Assembly (NCBI RefSeq): GCF_964204645.1
Contig: NC_134029.1
Span: forward strand, 1,426,001-1,490,000
Source: Tubulanus polymorphus
Lineage: Eukaryota; Animalia; Nemertea
Length of the DNA: 64,000 nt
Reading direction: 5' to 3'
Positions 51,901-64,000 of this stretch are shown piece by piece (the stretch's first letter is position 1; every line of letters begins with the position of its first letter). The notes under the pieces are model-generated. The model saw only the letters and a list, made by a program, of their open reading frames with translations, was not told the DNA's origin and made no database searches. The translations under genes and the position numbers were made by a program.

Positions 51901-52981
51901 CAGCTTTTTTCAGCTTTAGGTAAGAAAACCTACAGAACCCACATACATATTGTCGTTTAAATGTTGTTACTTCATATCAATAATCAAAATATCAAAAATC
52001 AGCTAAGTAAGAATCTGATTTATGATTAGTAAAGCGATATGTGATTATAGATGATTATTCTATCAGTGAACACTTACCGGTGTTATGTCAATTTACTTGA
52101 ATGAATGAACGAGTGAATGATCGTGCGAAATATGCATTCCGGTATTTGTTACGACATTGACACACAGCGCGTCGAGACGACGACAAAACCTAAATAGATT
52201 GTTTTTATTATCTCCGAAATAAACGCGTATAATGAAATGATTGTTGAAAGTGACTGGTTTTTACTTACACAAGGAAACCGTTATAAGGATTGAGACAGCT
52301 TATACATATTCGGCTGACCTAATACTCCAAATATATATGTGACAAGTAAACAACTAAATAATGTCGAAACGTATTTTTGATTAAGATATTGGCTTTATCG
52401 CCAACCTTCGTAAGTTTTCAAGTATTTCAAAGTGTATCACTTTTTGATATCCCGATAATTACTAGTTTAAAGCGTTTGAAAGGTTTTCTATTACAAATGC
52501 GCCATCTATCTAGGTTTATGGCAAAATATTCCGTTTAGACTCCAGGCGTTTTAAAAATCTCTCAATGCTTTAAGTCCTGTATACCTTTCTCTTAAGTATC
52601 TCGGATTACACAGAACAATCTTGGGCCGTATTTGAGTTATGATATGATCAGTATAAATACGTAATGACAATTCCTGACTGCAGCAAATCTTTCTTCGAAA
52701 AAAGACAACGTTGAATCGTATTTCATTAAGCGTTATTTTTAAAAGAAAGCTTCGTCGTAACCGCAGCAAACATATCAAATACAGATTCCGGTTTCAAAAT
52801 GACAATGCGCATTTCCTACGTTCCGTCTGCGCAGTATGAGATCATATATCATTTCGTAATATGACCGAATGGGATGTCCCTTGAATTCTTGTAGAATATT
52901 TTATTTTTTAAAAGAGATATCAAGACCACGGCTTCAAAACGTGACGAGACGTGAAGATGCACAATATCTGTGTATGATGAT

Positions 52982-53172
52982 AACGAGAGAAATACCACAA
53001 TAAATTCAGCCAAAAATGAAAAATTCTATATTAAAATTACTTTATTTCGAGCAACGTTTCGACTAAATGCTATAAGCCATCATCAGGCGTCATAAACCAC
53101 AGTACGCCTGATGATGGCTAATAGCATTTAGCCGAAACTTTTGGCTGAATTTATCGTGGGATTTCTCTCGTT
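52982..53172. mobile_element. Head-to-head inverted pair of Penelope-like pLTR fragments, each starting with a minimal hammerhead ribozyme core
   Basis: Arms 53090->52982 (minus) and 53104->53172 (plus) both read acgcCTGATGAtggct…ag(t/c)cGAAAC, with a 13-nt spacer. The right arm has a ~40-nt internal deletion. Confidence 0.75.
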
Positions 53173-56100
53173 CAAAGCGTGACTTTTCTTACCACGGGCT
53201 ACTTGAACTTTTCTACAAATCGATGGAAGAAAATGATTTCAATTGACGGAGAATGTTTTCATATAAATCTCTTCCGGGTTTATACTTAAAGTCACCGGGA
53301 TAATGTCTCTGATTTCAATCGCTCGCGTGCTGCTCTCAGAAGTCAAATTCCTGATGGCAATAATTCGAAAGCTTTTAAAATTATTGAAATATTATACCCC
53401 TTCAGCGGATACATTACGTTAATAATCAGTGCACCAGTTCGAAACCGTTCAAGGCAGTTTCGTCGAATTTATCTGTCGGGGAAAGATTGGCCGTGAGCAA
53501 ATTCTTCTAATAATTTTAGTATAAACACACGAAGCGTAATCACGTTTTTGACACATTTACCCGGTATCATCATGAAACTCAATTTAGAATGAAAAAGTCC
53601 TGTCTTCGCGGCTAAAGGTATTTGACCTTATCAGAAGTGGTGAATCCCAACGAAACCGTGCGATTCGTTCAGTGTTTCCCGATTCACTACGAACAAAAGT
53701 CATGAACAATTTCGAGAATCTTCAACAGGATGAAGTGGGAACTTGAGCGACCGAGGGAGAGAAAAAGTTTGGGGTGAAAAGCGAAAGGTGAAAGGTGGCT
53801 CTAAAATGAAAAGGTGGACAAAGTTACCCCCAAAAATCAATTCAAACACAAGAATTTTTGTTTGAATCTGCCGTATCTTTCCACTGCCCATTCTTTCACC
53901 TTGACTCCAGTGATTTGGTCCGCAGCTGAAATCTCTACGCGTCTCCCACCGGACATTAAACATCAGGCAATTTTCAGCCATCTAAGACAATTTCGATTTC
54001 TGTAGAGATTCATTTTTTCTCGCGACTCGGCTACAAGAATCGCTGTTTTACGACGTTCTGAGGCCCGAAGATAAGAATATTCAGAACATGATATTGCCAA
54101 TTCATATTTGTTCTCGTGTAGTCGATGAATTGTTTCGTCTCGGTTCTGATCAAGCGATTGTTTATGCCGGGGACACACAGAAACGTAACGGATATTCCAT
54201 GGAGACTCACTAATTGTAACCGTATTGTACAACTTGCAGCAATTTTGGACGCATGTTAATTCCGATGGTTCGTTGTTCTCGGTTCTGATAAATGGATTAT
54301 GAATAAAATTTCGCGTGACATATCATAGCCGTAACTGACATTTATATTCCCAGAAGCGCCGGTGACGACGATAAGAATTCGGGAAAAATAACCCAACAAA
54401 CTTCTTCGTTCATTCCGTTTTCCGATAACGATCATTGACCTCGTACAGCGCAATGATGGATGGAACGATTCAGGAGCAGATGAACTACAAACTCCGATGA
54501 TTTGGTAGGAAAATCACTGTAATCATCTCGGAAAACAATACGTTCAGATACGTAGAAAACATTCGTAACAAAAACAACAGTTTTTTTTGGTTAACGAAAC
54601 CAGTGCATTCTTCAATTCAGTGGGGAACGGCCAAACGCCCCTGTGGCAATCGAGGATTCCACGTACGGCAAGCGAGGATCCACCAGGTGTCGCTAGCAGG
54701 TATTCGGTCTTCCGGATTCAATTTCTTCTAAAATTCCTCTTCCTTTCTCTGAAACGGCGGGGTAGAATGAGCATCTAGATTTTTTCCTAGGTGAAAATCG
54801 AATCCGTATACAAAAACAGTATATTAGTCATACGTCACGTTTGGGAAGCAATTATTACAGCAAACCTTCGCATCACATGCGATTGATACAAAGAATTTAC
54901 TGTCAGTTGTTTTTGTCAAGAACATGCACGAAGTAGAAATGGAACTAGATTTTGCATTAGTTACACTAAACTATCCAGGCGAACTTCGTTAGTCGAGCGT
55001 AATCGAATCCGCTGGTGGTTTAATCAGGAAATCTGTTCAACCATATAGACAGTCGCTTGCCGCAGTACGTGTGACAATGTTCGAGTTAGTAAACACCGCT
55101 GAACACGTGACCAATGAATAGTGTCAGAATGTCACATGATGTAAGTCTGATATTTCATTGTGTTTACTCGAAATCTGATTTTGGTTAAACTACGCGGTTT
55201 CGGATTTCGCTAATACGGATTTTCTTCTAAAATTGCGAGCAAAAAGAAAGAAACCGGATAGAACTGTTAGTAAGACTGTGCTCATTTCAAACGAAATTCA
55301 ATGAATAACCCTGATGCGATTTGAGGATATCAGTATCCCGTGGCGTTATTATATAGTGTTATGGGTATTATGCAACTGCACCTGCTATCACATTATTTCC
55401 TATTCAGAGCCGTAACTAGAGAAATTTAATGCGATTATCCCTGTCAATATTGAGCGCCGTTAGAGCCGTCACAAACCAAAACAAGGATTGAAAATTTATG
55501 AATTATGAATTTCGTTATTTGCTGACTTCGTTGAAGCCATACATACATACCATAGGATAGCCGATTCATTATCTTGCTTTATTCTGTATTAAGATTATAC
55601 AATTTAATTTATAAAAGATTTAAACGAACTTCCATCCATGAATATTTAAGATCAAAAGACATGAAGTTTCTGACTCTGCTCGTCCGGTGTGAAGAAATAA
55701 TTAAAATATGTTGGGTACTAGGTTTGAAGTAAGTAATATACTTTGAAAGAAGAGAATAATTAAGCTCTCTATTCAGCGTTGTTATTCTGTATTCGGTTTT
55801 GTGTCTTCGCATTTCAAGGCGATATGAAAAACGGTGAAGATGACAATTTCCGGAAATCACGCATCGCAAATAACACAATAAGAAGACTTCATATTTCAGC
55901 AGTGATATTAAAAATTATTCCACACGTGACCTGCACACAACAAATACTGATGATTATTGCGAAACAAAGAAAATGTAGCTGTCCTGTAAGAATCGGCTCT
56001 TATAGAAAACGTGACATCTTATCTACTACGTAACAACAAGCGACTAGTTGCACACAGTCAAGGTCGAACAATTGAAAATTGAATTATTCTTATTCAAACT

Positions 56101-59100
56101 AGCAAGTTTTCAAATTGAAATCGAACGTTTCGGTATGAATAAACTAAGAACCGCCGAACCGTTGAACTTGAAATTTCTTACAATATTCGAACATTCATTA
56201 TTACATTTCAACATCTTCAGCTTGTACATCACGACATAACGACTTTAAACCTCACGCGATGACTTGATTTGTACCAAACAGAATCGAGGAATTTAAATAT
56301 AATTTATTGACGCCTATTTCGGATCTGAAAATAGATGAAATGTGCACTGGCCTGTGCTCTCTCCCTCCCTGCCTCCCTGCCTCCTCCCTCCCTCCCTCTC
56401 TCTCTTTCTCTCTGGCCTATTTTTGCCGTTTCCTGAAAAACTCAGAACATTTTTGTCGAACCTTTTAGAGAAATGATTGCGATCAATCAACGGTTGCTTT
56501 TGAGGAAAGTGCGGTAAAAGATTTATCTAAATCGCGACTCTGTTTGACGCCTACTGACCGCATTCACGCTGAGATACTCTTACCAGAAACTCTCTCTGTC
56601 TAATCTGGTATGGTGGTTTTGTTTTTCGGGGTGCAGGGATGGAATTTAGACCTCAGTACAAATAGTACGCTCTTCGATCAAAAATATTGGATGACCTATT
56701 GTGTAAATACGGTAAAAACGCCCACTTTTGAGTGAAAAACCTTCATAGATAAACCCACACAAAACAAAGAGATACAAGATATAACCCGGTGTTGGTTTCT
56801 TGAAGTTAGTACTCTTGGTACCGTATGATATAGATCTAATCTTACAGGCACGGTGTGATATAAACAGTCTTTCGACGCATTCTTTTTTTATATTCAGAGG
56901 GTTGTGATAAATATTGACGAAACGCCGTCCGTGTTGTATCAGATACAACACCACAATCTAATGTTTTAAATGTTGTACATGTTATAAGTAAATACAATAT
57001 TATCATTATTATCATGAGTCCGAAATGTTTCCAAGAGCTTGTACTTTATTTTGTTCATTTATGTATATATCTCCTAATAGTAATCTTCAAGAATACTATG
57101 ATTGCAACAAAATTATCTAATATACAATATATACAATCCAGCACATAGAAGTTAGATTTTATTGTACACAAAGCGTTGTTGATAGTGAATAAAAAGAAGG
57201 TTTTTATTCTTTGACTGTGTATTTTTAATATTTTTCAACGTTTATTTTCAATTCAAATGAAGTAAGTAAACGGTCTACTCTGCGGGGGAGGGGAGAGTTG
57301 TGATTGCGGTGATGATGTTGTCGCGTTGTTGCAGCAAGACTCGCTATACTCAGCACGCAATAGCCACTTTCATTTCGCGTGTTACTCCCGACAACAGTTT
57401 CATCTGAACAGTGCAAGCTGGGACACAACTGAAATCTTCGGATAACTTCAGCATATTTATCACACTATAACACACAATATGGTAAGATTCGAATTTGTCT
57501 TAGTATCTCTGATCACAGATCAGAATTTCAAATTTCATAATTTCTATTTATAACTTATAATGAATGTAAATCGTTTTTGACATTTAGAACTAAGTTAGGA
57601 TAGAGTTTAAATTTTCTTGTCTTAGATGCTCTCGGTAGCAAATGAAATTAAAGATCTTTATTTAAAGCCCGTTTTACAATTTTATTGAAGACTTTCATTT
57701 CGTTGACATTTATGATAACATTTCAAAAGACATGGTTTCATAAAACTTGCGCAACTTCAATCGCAAAATCAAGCGATTTCTCATGATAAGCTTTTTATTG
57801 TCTATTGAATGCAGACTTAAAAGTGCGAATGAGACTGAATGAAACACATTTCAAATTTACAAAGAAAATCGATTTAACGTCAATGTAGAAATAGTCGCAG
57901 ATTCCTGGTCCGTTTCATATTCACTATTACTATAGCAAATATTCTCTAAACTGCGATAGAATTGATGAAAAGTCGAAATAATTGATTCAAGGACTTAATT
58001 GCTTCAAGTTACTTTTCACTTCGAGATATCAAACTGAAAAGGGGAAAGGGGAAGAATTCCGCTGGGTCTCCTTCAGTCGACTCATAACGCGCATAAATTG
58101 AAGTCGAGTCCAGAAGTCAGTTCCACGGATGTCAGTTACTCATTTTACCGTAGTAGAGTTGAGTGTCTCGTTGATATTAAAATCTAATCGAACCCAGAGC
58201 TGTAGAATCATTAATATATCCTAACAGCGGGTGGTGTTCGCACGACGACACCGGACTTCCACTCAGTTAACCATATGGAGCTAATAAACTTGATCAACAA
58301 TAGTTGGACAGTAGAAATACCCAAAATACCAGTGAGCATTTCATTTCTGATGTTCTTGAATGGATGAACGATGTACCTTTAGTCTGTGAATTGGGAGAGA
58401 ACAAGAAATGTCGGTCAAACTTGCTAAATATAAGCTCTTTCTCCGTGACTTTAGAAACGGGGGAAAATTGTCCACGTGAGATATCGAAAAAAAATGAGCA
58501 ATATCCCGCCGTATGAAATCAGAGTTTTTTCTACGGTCGGTTTTTCGTTGATGAATGTCAAATCACGTAACTGAACGAGAGAGGAAGTAGTAGAGATGTG
58601 ATTTGATTGATTCTAGGCGTGACTTCCACACGGCGTCAAATACACCAAAAAAACACTTCTATATCCTCATAAAACTATCGACCACAAAATAACGCAACGC
58701 ATCTCACAGCATGATTCTTCCGAAGGTGATATTTTCTTTATTGTCTTTGTTTTTTTCTCGCTGACTGAAGATGGCTCAGCGCAAACTTCAATACATCAAA
58801 GTGTCTGAATATTGTATGATTTGATTATGTTATTCGCCCGTTAGTTAGGCTGAAGGCGATCAGGCGACTGAAACAGGTAATTGATGAAACACGCGAAAAT
58901 GTGAACAGTTTTGATGTGAATGAAATCGTTTCTTGTTTCGACGAACTGGCTGCCAGGGAAGATAGGCCCGACAGGGGTATCCTGCGGAATTGGCATTCCT
59001 CCATTCCATGGTCACCGCGTATGATTTCTTTATCGAAATGCTTTGAAACATGCGTCTATGATACGAAGAAAATGTAGTTTTTGATTCGATTCTAAATAAA

Positions 59101-60316
59101 ATCTATCAAGAGAATTTTCATGGTTGACTTGAGATTCTCAGAAACACAAGTGGTGGTATCTGCGATAGTTTATCGGTCTGCGCAGTATCGTCTCGATATT
59201 TCATTTCAATTAATTCAGATTTTCACGTGTCTGAAACTGACGTAGTTCGATTCTAGAAATTACGTGACATATCACATCTGTTAAACTAGACCCAGTGACT
59301 AGACTCAGTACAAACCTTATCATTCAATTCTTTAAGAATATTCTGGTGAAACTGTAAATCCGTAGATTACTAAATTATTGCCAGAACAGAAAGCGTCGAT
59401 TAATGTAGCTACGGATACTCTGCATTTTGTGAACAATGAGTAATCTTAAACAGGATAGAGACGAATCATTGCTGCGTTGAGATTAAAAATCCTAGAGCTT
59501 GAAAACTACTTGAAAAACTAATTATCAATGGAAATGAATATCTCACAGCGTCATGCCGTCAACAGTATTTGAGATCGTTGCAAACCCAAACAGGTGTTTA
59601 CGCAGTTTTAACTCCCTGAACGGAGACGTTTCTGAACGGATGACGGGGAGAAGCAAAGCAAACCTTCGGGTATAATCTAGTATTAGCGTAGGCTGTAGGA
59701 TAATCTACCGGTACCCGTGCTGAAAGTGTATCGTAACTGAAGTAGCGTACTATACCAACATCCGCCGAAATCATTCAAGTGTTAAATGGTTAAGCCTCGG
59801 GCTTACATCTGTTTAGACTGACGTGAAGAAACGAGTGAAGATAAATTACTGACTCTCACATTAAATCTCACTGTTTAATCTGATTCTCGCGTCAAATGCC
59901 AAATTTTAAAACTTCTTCAGTTAACGCCAATTTCTTGTAACTTGCTTGTCGTTTATGTAGAATTTTCTAATGGAAATCACGGTCTTATCGCCATAAAATT
60001 CACATTCATCGCGAGTTTATCGAGTCCAACCGAGCATTTTTAGTATGGCTGCTCAGTTTTCGAAACATAAGATCGAAATGAGGTCTTTTTTATAGCTTAC
60101 ATTCGCTTCAAATCTGATCAGAGACGATAATGATTTTAAGTGAATCCATATTGAATCTGTTTCACTCGAATAGACAGAAAATAATCTTTAAAGAATCAAT
60201 TCAGAATAGTTGCAGCAGTAGTGCCTAGTGCCAATCCACAGTTTACAACTCTATCGATAGTTTACTAATTGAAAAGGAACTACTAACTTCAGAGTTGCGA
60301 TCGAACTCAGGGTCCA

Positions 60317-60400
60317 GGGGTCGTTTCAAAGACATAGCTTCTATAAAATGTGATTTTGATATCAGATGTTATGACTAATGACTCCCTGTGAAATGGCCCC
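60317..60400. mobile_element. Small MITE, same TIR family as 43731-43797
   Basis: ggggtcgtttcaaaga…tccctgtgaaatggcccc. Confidence 0.55.
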
Positions 60401-63400
60401 CGGTTGCATGTTTGATTCAAGAACTAAGATGATTTATTCATTTTCAATGATTTGAAACGACTAAAACTTTGAACTTTTTAGAACTGGGTCCAGAACCATC
60501 GACTTTGGGTCTAGAACTATTGAATTTATACCGTTGTCTTAGAATCATGCTCAATATGCGTTCAGATGCTCAATGTGTAATTGAATAGGTGACACTTCCT
60601 ATCTTAGTCAATAAGAACGACCTTTGTGACAAAACCTTCAATAAAACGAGCAAAGGAAACAAACAACTTTACTCTTGTTTTATGTAGATTGAAGGTCTAT
60701 GGTGATTTGATGACTTGTAACATTCATATTATGCGCATACATAATCTACCAAACCCACAGACAAATAAAAACCAACTCGCCATCTTTACATTACGCTGTT
60801 TTGTGATCATCTTAAGATTTATCAGACGTGTGGGAATAGTTGGTATTGTCGCGTCCCGATTACATTTAACGTTTGGGTGACCTGTCGTTTGTCGCCACCT
60901 GCAGCAGCAGCAGCGGCGCACGGTTCGTGGCGTAACCTAGAAAATATCGAATATTTTCCATTATTCATGTAGATTGACTACATCTGCTGAAACTTACTGG
61001 ACTTCCCACGAGTAAGCGCTATCTATTTAGTCTTACCAAGGAGGTAAGGGAGGAGGGTCTTACCTCCTGTTCCCGAATACAGACATGCACTAAAATATGT
61101 TTGTAGTAAAAAAAGGTTTCAATTTCAATTCATCAAAAAAACCATAGGGCTAATTTACCTCACACAATCGACTCCAAGAATGAATTAGTTAATTAGTTCA
61201 TTTTTTTAAGTTTTCGTCTCTAAAGACGAATTGGCAAGAACTGCGAAAATCTGAGTTCAGATTATATTGGGGAAAAATGAAAACAATCATCAAAATAAAA
61301 TCTTCATATTGAAAGCCCGGTTTCTAATGTCGCGTATGAACTGATGAATCAAGTTGTCGACGCCTAGAATAAAACTCTTCATCAAAGTCTAATAAATCGT
61401 ATTTGACGTGTAGAAGTGCTGGATAACTTTTCCGGCGACTTCGCAATTATTTACTAACTACTTCAATTGCTACTCATTATAAGAATCTACTCGATCTTCT
61501 AAAAACCTAAGGTTTTCGACTACAGCAACGAAAGAATCTTATATTCATTGAACGTTTTGTAGTTTGGTTTGATTCTACCAGGACGGCGCGACAGAATCCC
61601 TAATTCTAAATTACACATTGATTCGACCTTTCCTTCGATACTTTTTTTTTGTTTAAATGACCTTGACCATGCCACTGAGGTGCAAAAACTAGTCTAGACT
61701 ACAAACAAACAAATGTAGGTATATTTTCTGATTTGTAATTCGACGATGAAGCCGTTGATTACGAACGAAAGAAGTGGAGAACCTGAGGAGGACATATTGG
61801 TAATTAATGAAATACGGGCTTCATTGTGACCTCCATGTCTGTGTCCATATGCGGACTCCTCCACCGTCCGGAGCAGTCCGTATATGAATTTAAGATTCCA
61901 CGATGTTTGTTTCCTATTTCATTCTCTCTGGTTTCGTGTGTATTTCGATTATACAGTTGATGGATTGAACATGACGAACTATTCAAATTTCTAACATCCG
62001 GTTATTTCAGAAATGAGGTCGATATAGAGGTGCGGTCAACCGGACAAAATGGATGTCGCTTAATTGATTTACACGCGGTCGATGGGCGTCGTGCAAAGTA
62101 AATAATAGGATTAAGTTCTAGTATTGACTTAATACAGTTCAAGTAAATGTCATGCGGAGTTTAAAATGGACAGAATCTCTCTCTAAACTCTCCAGCTAAT
62201 CAAGCATCAAATTAACGATCTGTTTCGATTCTTAATTCATTAATTCATGTCGTGTGTTGTAAATTAAGTCGAAGAATTATGAATCTAGAACAGGCGCGGA
62301 TCCGGAGGGTTAATTCGGGGGCTCGAATCCCAATTTACCAGGTGAAAGATTCCACCAGACATTGATCTATGACGAAAGTCCATTCCTTTGTTCATTAAAC
62401 TTGCATGAAAAATTAACCTTAATTTTCAAAATTTTTTAAAATTCAAACTTTTCAAAAGAACTCCCTACGAGCGCTTCGCACCTTCGCCGCCCGCCACGAC
62501 TATAAGAATAAGCTCTTTTCTAAGAATACGATTGATGATGGTTCAGGAACTGGTACCACAGTTTCCTAACTCAAACTCCGGGGATCTGTTCTTGGTGGAT
62601 CGGATACCTGTTCGGCAGCCACTTATTTCATATCCAACCGAACCGCGGCTCGTTAGCGACATTCGAGGACCTTCTATGAGATCGCTGGAGGACGGAGATC
62701 TGTGCAGTCTGTGTCTCTCAACAATCGGCGATTATTTATCATTATAACGTCCATTACAACTATGTTTCATCGGGAAAGATCACGATAAACTATCAATACA
62801 TCTTCTGTGTCGCCATAATCGGAGGTATAGAACGAGAGAGAGAGAGCGACGGTTTACTGAACCGCATTCGGTAATCTCCACGTAGCGTCTCACTCGAGTT
62901 TTGACGTCGAGCAAGTAAATGTCTCTAGAAAGCGCTATTCGAATTCTTCATCGATTCTTGAAATTCGATTTGAGATGTTTTCCATTCAATTTCAATGGTT
63001 TGTTGACGAGATTGAACGAATTTATGCAATGATAAAAATAGTTTTTTTTTAAATATTCTATGTATGTCGTCCGCATGGTTTCCGGGCGTGCTGGTTATTT
63101 GGTTAGCTCGAACAGTGAAACCTTGTTTGAGAATTGAAACAAAATAGAAAATAAAACACCCGCTACAATTTTAGAATGATTAGAATTAATTCTGAATAAG
63201 AAATTTACTTTTAAGATACAAAAAAATTAGAAAATACACGACGATTCAGACTCTGCCCGTCTAGAGACCATCGTCAGGAGGAGAGAATCAGTTAATGTCG
63301 ATTAATCTCTAAATCTGAATATCCGCTGCATGAAAGTAGTAATCCATTATTTCCAGTTTCCCGCAGTTCAGTTGTTTTGCTTCCTACGGAAACTTTTAAC

Positions 63401-64000
63401 GCGGTTGACGTCTTATTGAAAACCTACTGACAAATAAAACACCTGAGGCTAAGATCCAACAATACATACTCTCATATTCCGTACTGAATAAATCATATAT
63501 ACAACAATTGTTGATCTTGCGCAATTTACATCACATCTAGCTGTTGATTAGAAGTTAATGTTCGTCACCTTTTACGGGACTCGATATTCAACATTATGCG
63601 CGCAGAGGAAGACAGGCATTTATACTAATTTCCTCGTCTAAACAAAGTCTGATTGATGACAGACGATTCATCAATGGTTAATAACCGTTATTCATCAAAA
63701 CGCTTTACTTGATTACCACGCCTAACCACAGTACAGATGATCAACCAGCATACAACTATAAACTCGCTTTCTTATTTCCATAGACAAATAATTAACTCAC
63801 GCTCACGCTCACGCTGAGATAAAATATTCAACTTCAGCGTTCATTAGTTTATTTTCAACTATTTAAATGTTAATCAGAATTGTGGAACTGTCCCCTACAC
63901 TTACGTGTCAGGCGATGTAGACTGATTTCCAAGAACATTTTAGCAGCAAACGGGTTTTTTTCTTTATTTCGATCTGAAATCTAAAAAGCGCTGCGCTTTT

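Noticed and set aside
62532-62747. 71-aa ORF in GC-richer sequence
   Set aside because: No convincing splice sites or homology; it lies next to a caggcgcggatcc-type transposon-end relic at 62291.

Overview
This is AT-rich, CpG-undepleted, intron- and repeat-rich eukaryotic DNA, most consistent with an invertebrate animal. I can support one protein-coding gene, on the minus strand, with four coding exons: 45216-45078, 43630-43353, 43071-42900 and 42656-40213. All introns are GT-AG with consistent phases, giving about 1010 aa. The ORF track shows only fragments of it. The spliced protein has an N-terminal CBM20 (starch/glycogen-binding) fold in which the three canonical site-1 residues are replaced (W->R, K->R, W->G). 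This is followed by a long acidic, probably disordered region containing a close match to an AKAP (PKA-anchoring) amphipathic helix, a basic NLS-like patch, and a hydrophobic Cys-cluster tail. I do not recognise this architecture, and it is the best candidate for something undescribed. The rest is non-coding. It contains a young 339-bp MITE (two copies, 8-9 bp TSDs) whose TIRs carry tRNA B-box motifs, a tRNA-derived SINE, and several small GGG(C)C-terminated MITEs. There are about eight minimal hammerhead-ribozyme (Penelope-type) relics, including a head-to-head pair. Tandem repeats include a 60-bp hairpin satellite ending in an inverted monomer, a 31-bp minisatellite with a three-state higher-order pattern, and a 0.8-kb polypyrimidine array. 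No CRISPR array, rRNA or intact tRNA was seen.
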